Shown one piece after another: positions 19,028 through 28,266 of a stretch of DNA of 64,000 nt; position 1 is the stretch's first letter, and each line of letters starts with the position of its first letter. Origin of the DNA: Candidatus Portnoybacteria bacterium (GTDB lineage: Bacteria > Patescibacteriota > Minisyncoccia > Portnoybacterales > GWB1-42-6); the NCBI GenBank assembly GCA_028688325.1, contig JAQTYI010000002.1:9395-73394 (forward strand). Reading direction: 5' to 3'. The notes under the pieces are model-generated. The model had not been told where the DNA came from. It did no database searches and saw only the letters and a list, made by a program, of their open reading frames with translations. The translations under genes and the position numbers were made by a program.

Positions 19028-20300
19028 TTGTTTTTTGGGCAGATTCTCCCGCCCGTTCAATAATTGTCGCTTTAATGTTTATGTCTTTAGGCGGATTGGT
19101 CGGCAAACTCGCAAAAAAGCTGGAACCCTTGCCAAGTTCGCTCTCGGCCCAGACCCGGCCGCCATGGCCTTCAATGATTTCTTTAACAATGAATAGGCCC
19201 AGGCCAGAACCGTCGGTATACATATCTCTGGCGTTTGAACCGCGCTGGAATTTTTTAAAAATGTTGGCGATTTCTTCTTTGGGCACGCCGATGCCGTTAT
19301 CCTGAATCTTAAAAACAACCTCATTATCTTTTTGATAGATAAAAACGATAATTTCGGCTTTGCCTTCCCTGATATTCCTAGTATACGAATCGGCCTTGGC
19401 CGAAGGCGTATATTTGATGGCGTTTTCAATTAAATTGCCAATGGCATCTTTTAGAAAATTCTCCTGACAGAGAATTTTGGGCAACAGGATTTTTTCAATA
19501 TTAATCTTTAAATCTATCTGCCGCTCGGCCAGCTTGGGCTCAAAACCGCTGGCTAGTTCCTTAATGAATGATTCCGGGTCAATCCACTGAGCATGGTCAG
19601 GGGTTACCTTAAATTTAGTGCTCGTCATTTCCGAGGCGTTTAAAATATCATTGATAATATCTTCCAACTTTAGGGCTTTATCATACAGGCCCTCTATGAA
19701 AGTAGCTTGCTTCTCTTTGGGAAACTTCTCAAAACTCCCCTCTTTAATCATCGAGGCAATGCCTTTAATAACTGAAATCGGGGTTCTTAGCTGATGCGAA
19801 GCTAAATTAAGAAATTCGGTTTTAGCTTGATTGAGTTTTTGCAGCTCCTCGCGGGCCTGCTTTTCAACTTCCAGAGCCGACTCTACTTTGACCTTGCCGG
19901 CCTGAAGCTCGGCTGTGGCCTTAACAACTTCTTGCTGAAGATTATTGCTTAGCTCTTTAAATGCATTTTTGGCTTTTTTCTCTTCAAAATTTGATACAAT
20001 TATTTTTTCTGTGCTTTTATTAAAAAAATATCCGTAAGTAATAATTAAAACGAAGATGGAAACAATCAACGATTTTGAAATATTTTTTTCAACTAAATAT
20101 GATCCGAGCAAAAGACAAGAAGCTAAAATTAAGCTTATTAAAAGATAGCGCTCAAATAAGCAATCACTGAATTTTAGTTCGCAATATTGGCATCGTTTAG
20201 CGGGAGGATAATTAAGGTTTCTTGCGAGCCAACAATTTTTATTAACGCACCCGGATCCTCCCGACATCTTTTCCGTTTGTATTTTTTGTTCTTTCTCCAT
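19020..20300 (-). CDS. Sensor histidine kinase with N-terminal Cys4 zinc-ribbon and 2 TM helices
   Basis: HisKA H-box (LASHQLRTPISVI) and HATPase_c N/G1/G2 boxes (DNGIGVP, GSGLGL). The N-terminus reads CVNKNC…CQYC. Confidence 0.85.
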   Translation of the reverse strand: MEKEQKIQTEKMSGGSGCVNKNCWLARNLNYPPAKRCQYCELKFSDCLFERYLLISLILASCLLLGSYLVEKNISKSLIVSIFVLIITYGYFFNKSTEKIIVSNFEEKKAKNAFKELSNNLQQEVVKATAELQAGKVKVESALEVEKQAREELQKLNQAKTEFLNLASHQLRTPISVIKGIASMIKEGSFEKFPKEKQATFIEGLYDKALKLEDIINDILNASEMTSTKFKVTPDHAQWIDPESFIKELASGFEPKLAERQIDLKINIEKILLPKILCQENFLKDAIGNLIENAIKYTPSAKADSYTRNIREGKAEIIVFIYQKDNEVVFKIQDNGIGVPKEEIANIFKKFQRGSNARDMYTDGSGLGLFIVKEIIEGHGGRVWAESELGKGSSFFASLPTNPPKDINIKATIIERAGESAQKTNA

Positions 20301-20729
20301 TTATTTATTGAAAATTTTCTTAAAAAGAACATACATTAAAGCGGCTATGCAAATATTGGCGAAGCTCGCCAAAAGAGTTAAGAAAGACACCAGCAAATCC
20401 AACCCCCAAGCAAAAATGATAAATTTCCCAAGATAGAGAAGCGCGAAAGAAATAAAAAATAGTACAGCCGTAAATCCGTAAACGAATTTCAGCTCTCCGG
20501 GGTCTTTTTCAATCGGCACGATACCCTGTTTTAAAACATTCCTTGAGAATAATCCATAAAACTGATAAAGAAAATTAAGCTTCATTGAAAAAACTCCAAA
20601 AAAAAATAAAAGAGCCGTTGCCAAAACTAACCAGTGATTTTGGATTAAAAAAGCGATCAGCGCCAAAAAACCACTGGTGGCCCTAAAAAAATTAAGAGAT
20701 CGGTTATCGTAAATTGAACATTGTTGCAT
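20301..20729 (-). CDS. DUF4395-like integral membrane protein
   Basis: 142 aa with 4 predicted TM helices, co-directional with the kinase. Confidence 0.35.
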   Translation of the reverse strand: MQQCSIYDNRSLNFFRATSGFLALIAFLIQNHWLVLATALLFFFGVFSMKLNFLYQFYGLFSRNVLKQGIVPIEKDPGELKFVYGFTAVLFFISFALLYLGKFIIFAWGLDLLVSFLTLLASFANICIAALMYVLFKKIFNK

Positions 20730-20757
20730 ATAAATGTTTTTAAAAATTATTTTATTT

Positions 20758-22143
20758 TTATTTACTTATAAACTTTTTTGCGGCGCTAATAAAATGCCAT
20801 TTAGAAGTCCCGGCATTTTTAAGTTGAGCGCGATCTTTAACTGCGGAGCACGCTTTTACCACATCTTCAATATTGTTATATATATAAAAACTCAATCTGC
20901 AGCTAGCCGGCGGATTCAATTCATATTGATGGTGCGCTAAAGTCGCGCAATGACACCCGGCCCGAGATTCTATCCCTTGGCTGCTTAATTCTTTGGAAAT
21001 TTCAAATGGATCCCTTCCTTCGCAAGTAAACGAAACTAAAGAAGTCCTATTTTTAGAATCTTTGGGACCGTAAATTTTTAACGACGGCACCTCTTCCAAT
21101 ATCTCCAACGCTTTTTTTATTAAATCATTTTCGTGTGATTCTATACTGCTCATCGCCTTTTCAACATCCGACGCTTCTATCTTTTTGTCGGCCATAAAAT
21201 AATTGGGCACACCGGGGTTTAAAGAAAAATCCATTAACAATCTTATCGCCTGAGCGGAAAGGATTGTCCCTAAGATATTGGGAGTCCCTGCGGTAAATTT
21301 CCAGGGAAGCAAATTATATTCCACTTTTTCCGGACTAACCTTTCCCTCAGCTATCATGTCTCCCCCATAAAGAAACGGCCTCATTTTTGTAAGCAATTCC
21401 TCTTTCGCGTACAAAGCTCCGACTCCAAAAGGTGCAAGCATTTTATGAAAAGACCAAACCAGAAAATCCACATCTAAATCTTTAACATCAACAAAAATAT
21501 TTGGAACAACCTGGGCGCCGTCAATTAAAAGATATGATTTTTTTTCTCCGCTTGGTTGAATATATCCGCTGGAATCGGCAATCTCCCTTATTTTTTTAAT
21601 CGGATTTTTTGTTCCTAAAAAATTGGATGCTCCGGTGCAACAAACTATTTTAGTTCTTTTGTCCACCAGGGATCTTAAATGATCTAAATCAAGTTCTCCC
21701 GTTTCTTTGTCAAATCTTGCCAGTCTGCATTCAACTTTTACTCCAAATTTTGGCAAAATTTCACTGCATAGCCCGTACCAGGGAACATAATTTGAATTAT
21801 GCTCCATAAATGTCGTGACTACATTATCTCCGTCTTTGAATTCGGTCATCAAAGAGTACATAACCGAATTGATCGCTTCGGTGGCGTTTCTGTATAAAAT
21901 AATACTTCTCTTGGACGGAGCGCCGACGAACTGAGCGATAGTGTCATAGGAAGATTCAAACTTTTCGGTAGTTAATAGTGAAGACCGAGACTGGCCCCTG
22001 TGCACATTATCGTATTGCACGATAAGTTCATCCATCAAATCTAACAATTGGATCGGCGCTTGGGTGCTGGCCGCGTTATTAGAAACAACCCTTCCGGTCT
22101 TTATTGCCGGAAAGAATTTTCTTATTTTTTGAGTATCGATCAT
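20758..22143 (-). CDS. Class-V aminotransferase / cysteine desulfurase family (SufS/CsdA-like)
   Basis: PLP-lysine motif SFHKM and a C-terminal catalytic-Cys region (RAGCHCA). Confidence 0.8.
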   Translation of the reverse strand: MIDTQKIRKFFPAIKTGRVVSNNAASTQAPIQLLDLMDELIVQYDNVHRGQSRSSLLTTEKFESSYDTIAQFVGAPSKRSIILYRNATEAINSVMYSLMTEFKDGDNVVTTFMEHNSNYVPWYGLCSEILPKFGVKVECRLARFDKETGELDLDHLRSLVDKRTKIVCCTGASNFLGTKNPIKKIREIADSSGYIQPSGEKKSYLLIDGAQVVPNIFVDVKDLDVDFLVWSFHKMLAPFGVGALYAKEELLTKMRPFLYGGDMIAEGKVSPEKVEYNLLPWKFTAGTPNILGTILSAQAIRLLMDFSLNPGVPNYFMADKKIEASDVEKAMSSIESHENDLIKKALEILEEVPSLKIYGPKDSKNRTSLVSFTCEGRDPFEISKELSSQGIESRAGCHCATLAHHQYELNPPASCRLSFYIYNNIEDVVKACSAVKDRAQLKNAGTSKWHFISAAKKFISK

Positions 22144-22273
22144 GCCCTATTATTATAGTATTCCTCTAATTCAATTTTAACATATTTCAACTAAAAGCGA
22201 ACCTGCCCTTATCAACATTCCTATCCTTTGCTTCCCTTACTTTAAATCCTGCCTCTGCATATTTGAATACCCC

Positions 22274-22819
22274 GTGGGCGGCAATACCTGGTACCAAGGC
22301 AAACACGAGCCGATTGTTAGCAAAGATTTATTTGACCTGGTGCAGGATAGAATAACCAGCCAGACATCAAGAGTTAATAATCAAGAATTCGCCTTTACCA
22401 AACTGATGAAGTGCGGACTTTGCGGCTCGGGCATTACGGCAGATGAAAAAATTAAGAAACAGCTAAACGGCAATATCCACCGCTATGTTTATTACGGCTG
22501 CACCCGATTCAACGATAAAGAATGCAAATGCGGCTATATCCGGGAAGACGACTTAATCAAGCAGCTTGAAAATCTGATAGACCAGATGTCCTTGGACGAG
22601 ATTGGCATTAAGCAAAAAATTAAAGCTGAAGTTGAGCGGCATAAAAAATTCCAAGCCGGGATGCTCGGAATAAAATCGATAATAAAAGTGGCTGATATAG
22701 ATATACGCAACTACGCCAAATACATTCTTAGAGACGGCACAAATCTTGAAAAAAGAGAGCTGATATCTTGTTTCAAAAGCAAGGTTGTAATAAAAAACAA
22801 ACTAGTTTCTTTAGAATAA
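22274..22819 (+). pseudogene. Large serine recombinase remnant (C-terminal zinc-ribbon/coiled-coil part only)
   Basis: Contains the CGLCGS…YYGC zinc ribbon and recombinase-domain residues, but lacks the N-terminal resolvase catalytic domain. Confidence 0.7.
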
Positions 22820-22821
22820 AC

Positions 22822-22849
22822 TAAAATCACCCGAATTCGGGTGATTTTA
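22822..22849. terminator. Bidirectional Rho-independent terminator between convergent genes
   Basis: Perfect 12-bp stem taaaatcacccg/cgggtgatttta with aatt loop. Confidence 0.75.
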
Positions 22850-22874
22850 GTTTATGACATCCAACACCTTTTAT

Positions 22875-23417
22875 CTACTCAGTCTCTAATAATATTTGAA
22901 CTAATGGATTTAAGGTTTTATATCCATGCTCCACAAAAAGACGATCTCTTCTGTCCTCTGGATTCTTTGCTCCATGAAAAAGATTATTACGAATTGAATA
23001 CCAAAACTCGACCATATTTTCCCAGTCTTCTAAATTATAAATATATCCTTTTACTTTATTCTTATCGTCTATAGCATGACCTCCAAGATCCGAATGAGAA
23101 CAATTCCACCATTTTATCTCTTCCACATTACCACTGTTACCGCTTACATTACCAAGTCGTGCAATTTTTAGTTCCTTTTTTATTTCTTCCCAAGAAAGAT
23201 GCAAATCTACATTATTTAGAACTTTATTTAAATATTTTATCTTGATACTTTCGTCCTGCTTTAAAAATTGGATAGCGGCTCTATCGTTTTGAGAATTGGT
23301 GAATTTTTTCTTTTTCAAAAAAGCTATGAACGCCAAATATTCAAAAACAAACTTAGAAAAGAAATCGTCATCTGAGGCCTTTACGTGCCAATTTATAATT
23401 AATTGATTATAGTTCAT
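22875..23417 (-). CDS. HEPN-domain protein (putative RNase effector/toxin)
   Basis: 180 aa, alpha-helical, with the Rx4H motif RNNLFHG near the C-terminus. It overlaps the upstream small ORF by 1 nt. Confidence 0.5.
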   Translation of the reverse strand: MNYNQLIINWHVKASDDDFFSKFVFEYLAFIAFLKKKKFTNSQNDRAAIQFLKQDESIKIKYLNKVLNNVDLHLSWEEIKKELKIARLGNVSGNSGNVEEIKWWNCSHSDLGGHAIDDKNKVKGYIYNLEDWENMVEFWYSIRNNLFHGAKNPEDRRDRLFVEHGYKTLNPLVQILLETE

Positions 23418-23418
23418 A

Positions 23419-23649
23419 TTAAGTTTTTAATTTCCAACGATAGGTTCCTGAGTTTTTTATCAGCCCTCTTTTACAGGGTTTTCCATAAAAGAAGTACTGT
23501 CCAAAAGCATTGCCAAATGGCCAATTTTTAATCTCTATTTTCTCCACTACAGCGTAGTGTTTAGCTTCGTTCCAAGAATCCAATATAACAATAAATGAAA
23601 TTTTTTCTCCGTTTTCGCGCCATAATTCAAAGATATTCTTTTTATCCAT
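23419..23649 (-). CDS. Small hypothetical protein (possible HEPN partner/antitoxin)
   Basis: 76-aa ORF immediately upstream of, and overlapping, the HEPN gene. Confidence 0.35.
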   Translation of the reverse strand: MDKKNIFELWRENGEKISFIVILDSWNEAKHYAVVEKIEIKNWPFGNAFGQYFFYGKPCKRGLIKNSGTYRWKLKT

Positions 23650-23711
23650 TATTTTTTAACATTTACTTCGGTTGTTATAAACATATAAATACTAAAAATC
23701 TATTTAAGGCC

Positions 23712-25460
23712 CTAAAATCTAAACCCTAACAGACCACCATTTTCTTTAGCGTCTGTAAAGATAATCCTTATAGCCTTTTTAAATTCAACCCCAAATTCTT
23801 CGCTAAATTCTGAATAAGGAACATCGTCAGAGTTTAATGTGCAAATATACTGGGTCTTCGTTTCGCTGGCTATCTTTGCTGCAGACTCCAAGGCTTTTGC
23901 TGTTTGCCTTTCGTCAACACCATCAAAAATAGTGCTATCATGGATTAAGAATCTGGGACTCGGCTTCTTCTGTCTAAATTCTAAAACAGTAATATCATAA
24001 GTAAAAACTTTCATATAACTAATCCCTTGACTTCCCGCCCTCAATATCTCTACATTAAATTTATAGCCGGCATTAGTTATCGAGATCAAGAAATTACCTG
24101 GCTGAGAATATAAAAACTCTGAATTTTTATTAAATAATTTTATAATTTTTTCAATCTGGTCCTCTCTTTCTTCTTTATCTTGTCTAGCTTTTTTAATTAA
24201 GTCTTCTTTTTTAATTTTAATATTGCTAACGCCTTCTTCAATTTTTTTTATATCTCTGACTCTGTTATTTTTTTCCTCCAAAGACTGTCTTATCACTGAG
24301 AGGTGATTTTGTAATTTTGTATATTCTTCTAAGGCGCCATGGGTCTGCAAAATCATTAATAACTCAGCTCGCTTTGCGGATAATTCCTCTGTCTTCACTT
24401 TTTGCTCAGCCATTTCTCGTTGTATTCTTTGAACCTCTGATAATAGATAATCTTTCCTATTCTTTATAACTTTAATATGGAAATTTAGAACATCTTCTAC
24501 TCGCTTCTTTATTGCATCCGAAAATACAAACCTAGCTTCCGCATAAAGTTGTTCGACCTTTTGCAAGGAAATGTCTTTTTCTTCAATAAAACTCTCTTGG
24601 TATTTATCTAAAATATTTTTATTAATCGCAGAAGCATTAATGACATTATGGATTTGCTCTGTTAAAAGATCGGCTTCTTGCTGAATTTTATAATACTGTG
24701 GATGAACATTAAATGAATTGAGCTCTTCCTCATTCGCTTCAACCTCACTCAATAAACGAACTTTTTCTGCTTCTAGCTCGCTCAAAGAGCCCACCAAGCT
24801 ATCAAGCAATCCCAGCCCTAATGCTTTTTTTAAATTTTCTATTATACCCAATTCATCCTTCAATACCTGGAACTGACTAGCATACTCATCATTCATACCC
24901 AACAAAAAAGAATTATTTACTTGAACATCCCATTCTTTTTGCTGCGGATAATGTCTAAAGGGATCCTGAAAGCCGCCTAAACCTCTTCTGACTGCATAGG
25001 ATATCAGACTTCTAAATGTTGGCGAATATTTCCGCTCTTCAATTACCGGAAGACCATACATAAAAAAACCTAAGACTATTGTCCAGTCCTTAATAGGCAA
25101 AGTGCGTTTTCCGTCTCTTATCCCTACCTCTGGTTCTATGGGCCAACCAGAAAAATTACCCTCCAGCGTTACCCTCGAAAATTCTTTCGTATTTCTAGAA
25201 ACCGTTATAATTTTCCCATCAAGCTCAAGATCCAAAATAAAAGTCCATCCTTCAAGTTCTTTTCTACGAACACCAACATTTGGACTCGTACTTGAGCCAA
25301 GACAAAAATGTATGATTTCAATTAGAAAGCTTTTACCTAAACCATTTCTAGAATCTTTATCAGAGGAGTCGTTAGTACGCTCAGCGAGCACGACATTAAA
25401 ACCAGGGGAAAAATCAACTCGTTTGAATAAAGGATTTGTACTCCTAACCGATTTGATCAT
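23712..25460 (-). CDS. ABC/SMC-like coiled-coil ATPase (Septu PtuA / Lamassu LmuB / ABC-3C-like)
   Basis: N-terminal P-loop with insert (FNVVLAE-x12-NGLGKS). ~350 aa of coiled coil. C-terminal signature-like RAGSQGIS and Walker B/D-loop PRFLIHDSTIFDGVDE. Confidence 0.6.
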   Translation of the reverse strand: MIKSVRSTNPLFKRVDFSPGFNVVLAERTNDSSDKDSRNGLGKSFLIEIIHFCLGSSTSPNVGVRRKELEGWTFILDLELDGKIITVSRNTKEFSRVTLEGNFSGWPIEPEVGIRDGKRTLPIKDWTIVLGFFMYGLPVIEERKYSPTFRSLISYAVRRGLGGFQDPFRHYPQQKEWDVQVNNSFLLGMNDEYASQFQVLKDELGIIENLKKALGLGLLDSLVGSLSELEAEKVRLLSEVEANEEELNSFNVHPQYYKIQQEADLLTEQIHNVINASAINKNILDKYQESFIEEKDISLQKVEQLYAEARFVFSDAIKKRVEDVLNFHIKVIKNRKDYLLSEVQRIQREMAEQKVKTEELSAKRAELLMILQTHGALEEYTKLQNHLSVIRQSLEEKNNRVRDIKKIEEGVSNIKIKKEDLIKKARQDKEEREDQIEKIIKLFNKNSEFLYSQPGNFLISITNAGYKFNVEILRAGSQGISYMKVFTYDITVLEFRQKKPSPRFLIHDSTIFDGVDERQTAKALESAAKIASETKTQYICTLNSDDVPYSEFSEEFGVEFKKAIRIIFTDAKENGGLLGFRF

Positions 25461-25680
25461 GCTTTAATTTTATTAGATTGTTTTCAATTGTTATCAAGTC
25501 CAAAAGATGAAGTAAATCAAGAGTTAAAACAAATTTCTCAAAATTATTTACTTCTGGAATTTTATTATTTTTTTCCCACAAGGAAGAAACGGAACACGGT
25601 CTTCTAATTTCACCAAGCAAAACAGAGCCGACCCCAATAAGAGAATTAGATAATTTTATATTTTTATCAGGTAAAATCAT
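25444..25680 (-). CDS. Small hypothetical protein (middle component of ATPase operon)
   Basis: 78 aa. It overlaps both neighbours (17 nt and 4 nt). Confidence 0.4.
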   Translation of the reverse strand: MILPDKNIKLSNSLIGVGSVLLGEIRRPCSVSSLWEKNNKIPEVNNFEKFVLTLDLLHLLDLITIENNLIKLKHDQIG

Positions 25681-26408
25681 TTTTCAAATATATCACACTG
25701 CTCAAAAAAATAAATTAAAACAGATAAGCCAGCTGCTTGCTTTAAAATGTCTGCTGAATTAGATGAAGCGAAATCGGAAAGAATGTAAAATAGGCCGTCA
25801 CTCGAATTTCCTTTTTCTCTAAGCTCGCGATATTTTTCTATAAAACCGCGCTTCAGCCTTTCGGCAAAATCAGTGTCGGGGTGAGAATTTAAATATCTTT
25901 TAACTAAAGTTACCTTACTTAGTCCCATTTTTATTCGTTCCACAACATCCAGAGACAGGTCATTCTTTTTTATCTTTTCTTGCGGGGTTATTAAATCTAG
26001 TGTGCTTACTTCAAAATCATATTGCTTAACCAAATATTTTATCGTATCCTCTAACTCGCTAAAAGTAATCTGGGGCAAATTCATAATCAATTTCTTCTTT
26101 ACCCAGTCTTCGTGGTCTAGCTTTATCTTTTTTAATATATCTACCGTGTAAGCAATAGGATCTTTATCAATTTCTGTATGACAAGAAGAACACAACAAAA
26201 TATGATTGGCATAACAAGCCCTCTCTTTTTCTGTCATAGATTTATTGTATCTTGCAGAACCAGGCTCCTTGCCCTCAATGTGTGCGTCCTCTCCTTTGTG
26301 CTGGACATGACTTTTTACGCTCGTATGTGTAACTTGCCCTTTACACTTATTGCATATGCCAGCACTTCTCCCCCAAAGAATAATTTTTTCTGCCGGAGAA
26401 ATTTTCAT
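25677..26408 (-). CDS. HNH nuclease domain protein
   Basis: N-terminal CNKCKG…HIEGKEP…YANHILLCSSCH HNH zinc-finger nuclease motif, plus a ~150-aa helical C-terminal domain. Confidence 0.6.
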   Translation of the reverse strand: MKISPAEKIILWGRSAGICNKCKGQVTHTSVKSHVQHKGEDAHIEGKEPGSARYNKSMTEKERACYANHILLCSSCHTEIDKDPIAYTVDILKKIKLDHEDWVKKKLIMNLPQITFSELEDTIKYLVKQYDFEVSTLDLITPQEKIKKNDLSLDVVERIKMGLSKVTLVKRYLNSHPDTDFAERLKRGFIEKYRELREKGNSSDGLFYILSDFASSNSADILKQAAGLSVLIYFFEQCDIFEK

Positions 26409-26738
26409 AATCTTAATTATTTATAATATTAACACTTTCTAAAAAAACAGAACAGATAGAAACTGTTAATATTCCATCAAAAATGGCCTTTGAAAATACA
26501 AATAATGAAAAGAGTCGAATAACTTTTCTATTAATTAAGTTGCACTCAAAAACGGCGCAATCTAAATTGCGCCGTTTAAAAGCGATCTTTGACCCAAGCT
26601 AAATTTTTGGACATTTATTGTCATTTAATTTAACCCCCCTTCTGAATCGCCTCTGACGATACAGAATCTAAGAATCAAATTCTTGACATAACCCAGAAAT
26701 AAATCTGTTAAACCGTCTCGGTCGGTCTCACATGAGTG

Positions 26739-26809
26739 TTGGGGAGGAGGGATTCGAACCCCCGATGACGGATTCAGAGTCCGTTGCCTTACCGCTTGGC
26801 TACTCCCCA
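26739..26809 (-). tRNA. tRNA-Gln (anticodon CUG)
   Basis: 7-bp acceptor TGGGGAG/CTCCCCA with U1 as in E. coli tRNA-Gln. D-arm GCCAAGCGGTAAGGC. Anticodon stem ACGGA/TCCGT with loop CTCTGAA. T-arm GGGGGTTCGAATCCCTC. CCA is not encoded. Confidence 0.85.
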
Positions 26810-26894
26810 GAAATAGCTTATAGCTGATAGCTTTTAGCTAATGGAAAAACTCAATTCTTGCGCGGATCGCTGCACTCGGAATGACAAAGTTTTT

Positions 26895-28058
26895 TTATTT
26901 ACTTTCCGTCCCCGCCCATTCCACCACCGCCAATTCCAGCGGCAACTGAGGCAAGGAGGCGGATTTGATTTCGTTTTCCGCGCGGATCAAAAACCGGATA
27001 AGATTGATAAAGTCCGCACCGGTGAATTTACGCCCTTGCTCCAAAATAACCGTAAATTGCTCGTCCGTCAATTCCGGCGCGATGAGCTGGCGCATTTTTT
27101 CCGTTTCACCGCTTTGCTTCCAAGCGGCCAGGATCATCATTTTGCGGGCGTAATTTATCAATGATTTGGCAAATTGCCCGAGCTCATAGCCATCTTCCGC
27201 CAGCTTATTCACATAGCCCAGCGCTTCTTTGGCATTTTTAGTGACCAAAAAGTTCATCATATCCGCCACCGCCGCCATATCTGTGATGCCTAAAATCGTT
27301 TGCGCTTCGACCAGAGTAATGTTTTTATCTTCCATTGCCATCACTTGGCCCAGAAGCGACTCGGCGTCGCGCGCCGCGCCATCCGCGTTCAGCGCTATCA
27401 GTTCCAAAGCACCTTTATCGATCTTCAATCCTTCCTCCTTAGCGATGATTTTTAATCGCTCGATTATTTTATCCAGCGTCAATTTATGGAAATCAAACCT
27501 TTGGCAGCGCGAAATTATTGTCTGCGGAACCTTATGCGTTTCGGTGGTAGCTAAAACGAAAATGGCGTGACTTGGTGGCTCTTCCAGTGTCTTGAGCAGC
27601 GCATTGAAAGCTTCACGCGTCAACATATGCACTTCATCGATGATGAAAACCTTATATTTTAATTTGGCCGGCGAAAATTTTATGCCTTCGCGCAATTCCC
27701 GGATCTCGTCTATGCCGCGGTTTGACGCCGCGTCGATCTCTATTAAGTCCATGGCCCGGCCTTCGTTTATTTCCGCGCAAGAAGCGCATTTGTTGCAGGG
27801 CTCATAACTTTTTACTCCGAGCGATTTATCCCGAGTAGAATCGAGGGAAGTCGAAGAGCGGGCTTCGCAGTTCACGGCTTTTGCCAGCAAACGCGCAACT
27901 GTCGTTTTGCCCGTTCCGCGCGGCCCGCAAAACAAATAAGCGTGCGCTACTTTTCCCAGTGTCAAAGCATTGGTTATGGTGCGCACCACATGTTCCTGGC
28001 CGGAAACCTCAGCAAAGGTTTTTGGCCGGTATTTGCGGTATAAAACCAGATTTTCCAT
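26895..28058 (-). CDS. dnaX: DNA polymerase III subunit gamma/tau
   Basis: Walker A GPRGTGKTT, DEVHML, zinc module CNKCASC. It carries a ~15-aa in-frame repeat-derived insert (ARSSTSLDSTRDKSLGVKS). Confidence 0.9.
   Translation of the reverse strand: MENLVLYRKYRPKTFAEVSGQEHVVRTITNALTLGKVAHAYLFCGPRGTGKTTVARLLAKAVNCEARSSTSLDSTRDKSLGVKSYEPCNKCASCAEINEGRAMDLIEIDAASNRGIDEIRELREGIKFSPAKLKYKVFIIDEVHMLTREAFNALLKTLEEPPSHAIFVLATTETHKVPQTIISRCQRFDFHKLTLDKIIERLKIIAKEEGLKIDKGALELIALNADGAARDAESLLGQVMAMEDKNITLVEAQTILGITDMAAVADMMNFLVTKNAKEALGYVNKLAEDGYELGQFAKSLINYARKMMILAAWKQSGETEKMRQLIAPELTDEQFTVILEQGRKFTGADFINLIRFLIRAENEIKSASLPQLPLELAVVEWAGTESK
27806..27870. repeat. Dispersed palindromic repeat inserted in frame within dnaX
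   Basis: gagcgatttatcccgagtagaatcgagggaagtcgaagagcgggcttcgcag matches intergenic copies at ~38700-38760 and ~15040-15130. Confidence 0.6.
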
Positions 28059-28266
28059 AGAATTACCCTCTCTTTTTTTATCTTGTCATCCCGGGCTTAA
28101 CCCGGGATCCAGGCCTTGCCATTCCCGCCCCGTACTTGATATGGGGCGGGAATGGCAGAAAAAAGGATACCAGTATCAGCCAAAATTCACTCATATTTTA
28201 TCCTAAAAACAAAAAAGGCGCAACCGAAATTACGCCCCCGCATATCGAGATTAAATCTCAATATTT

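Noticed and set aside
22144-22273. Looked for a direct repeat of the tRNA-Gln 3' end (attL/attR) at the distal island boundary
   Set aside because: No convincing match to tggggaggagggattcgaaccc was found near the recombinase remnant by eye. The island edge is therefore defined only by composition and by the truncated recombinase.
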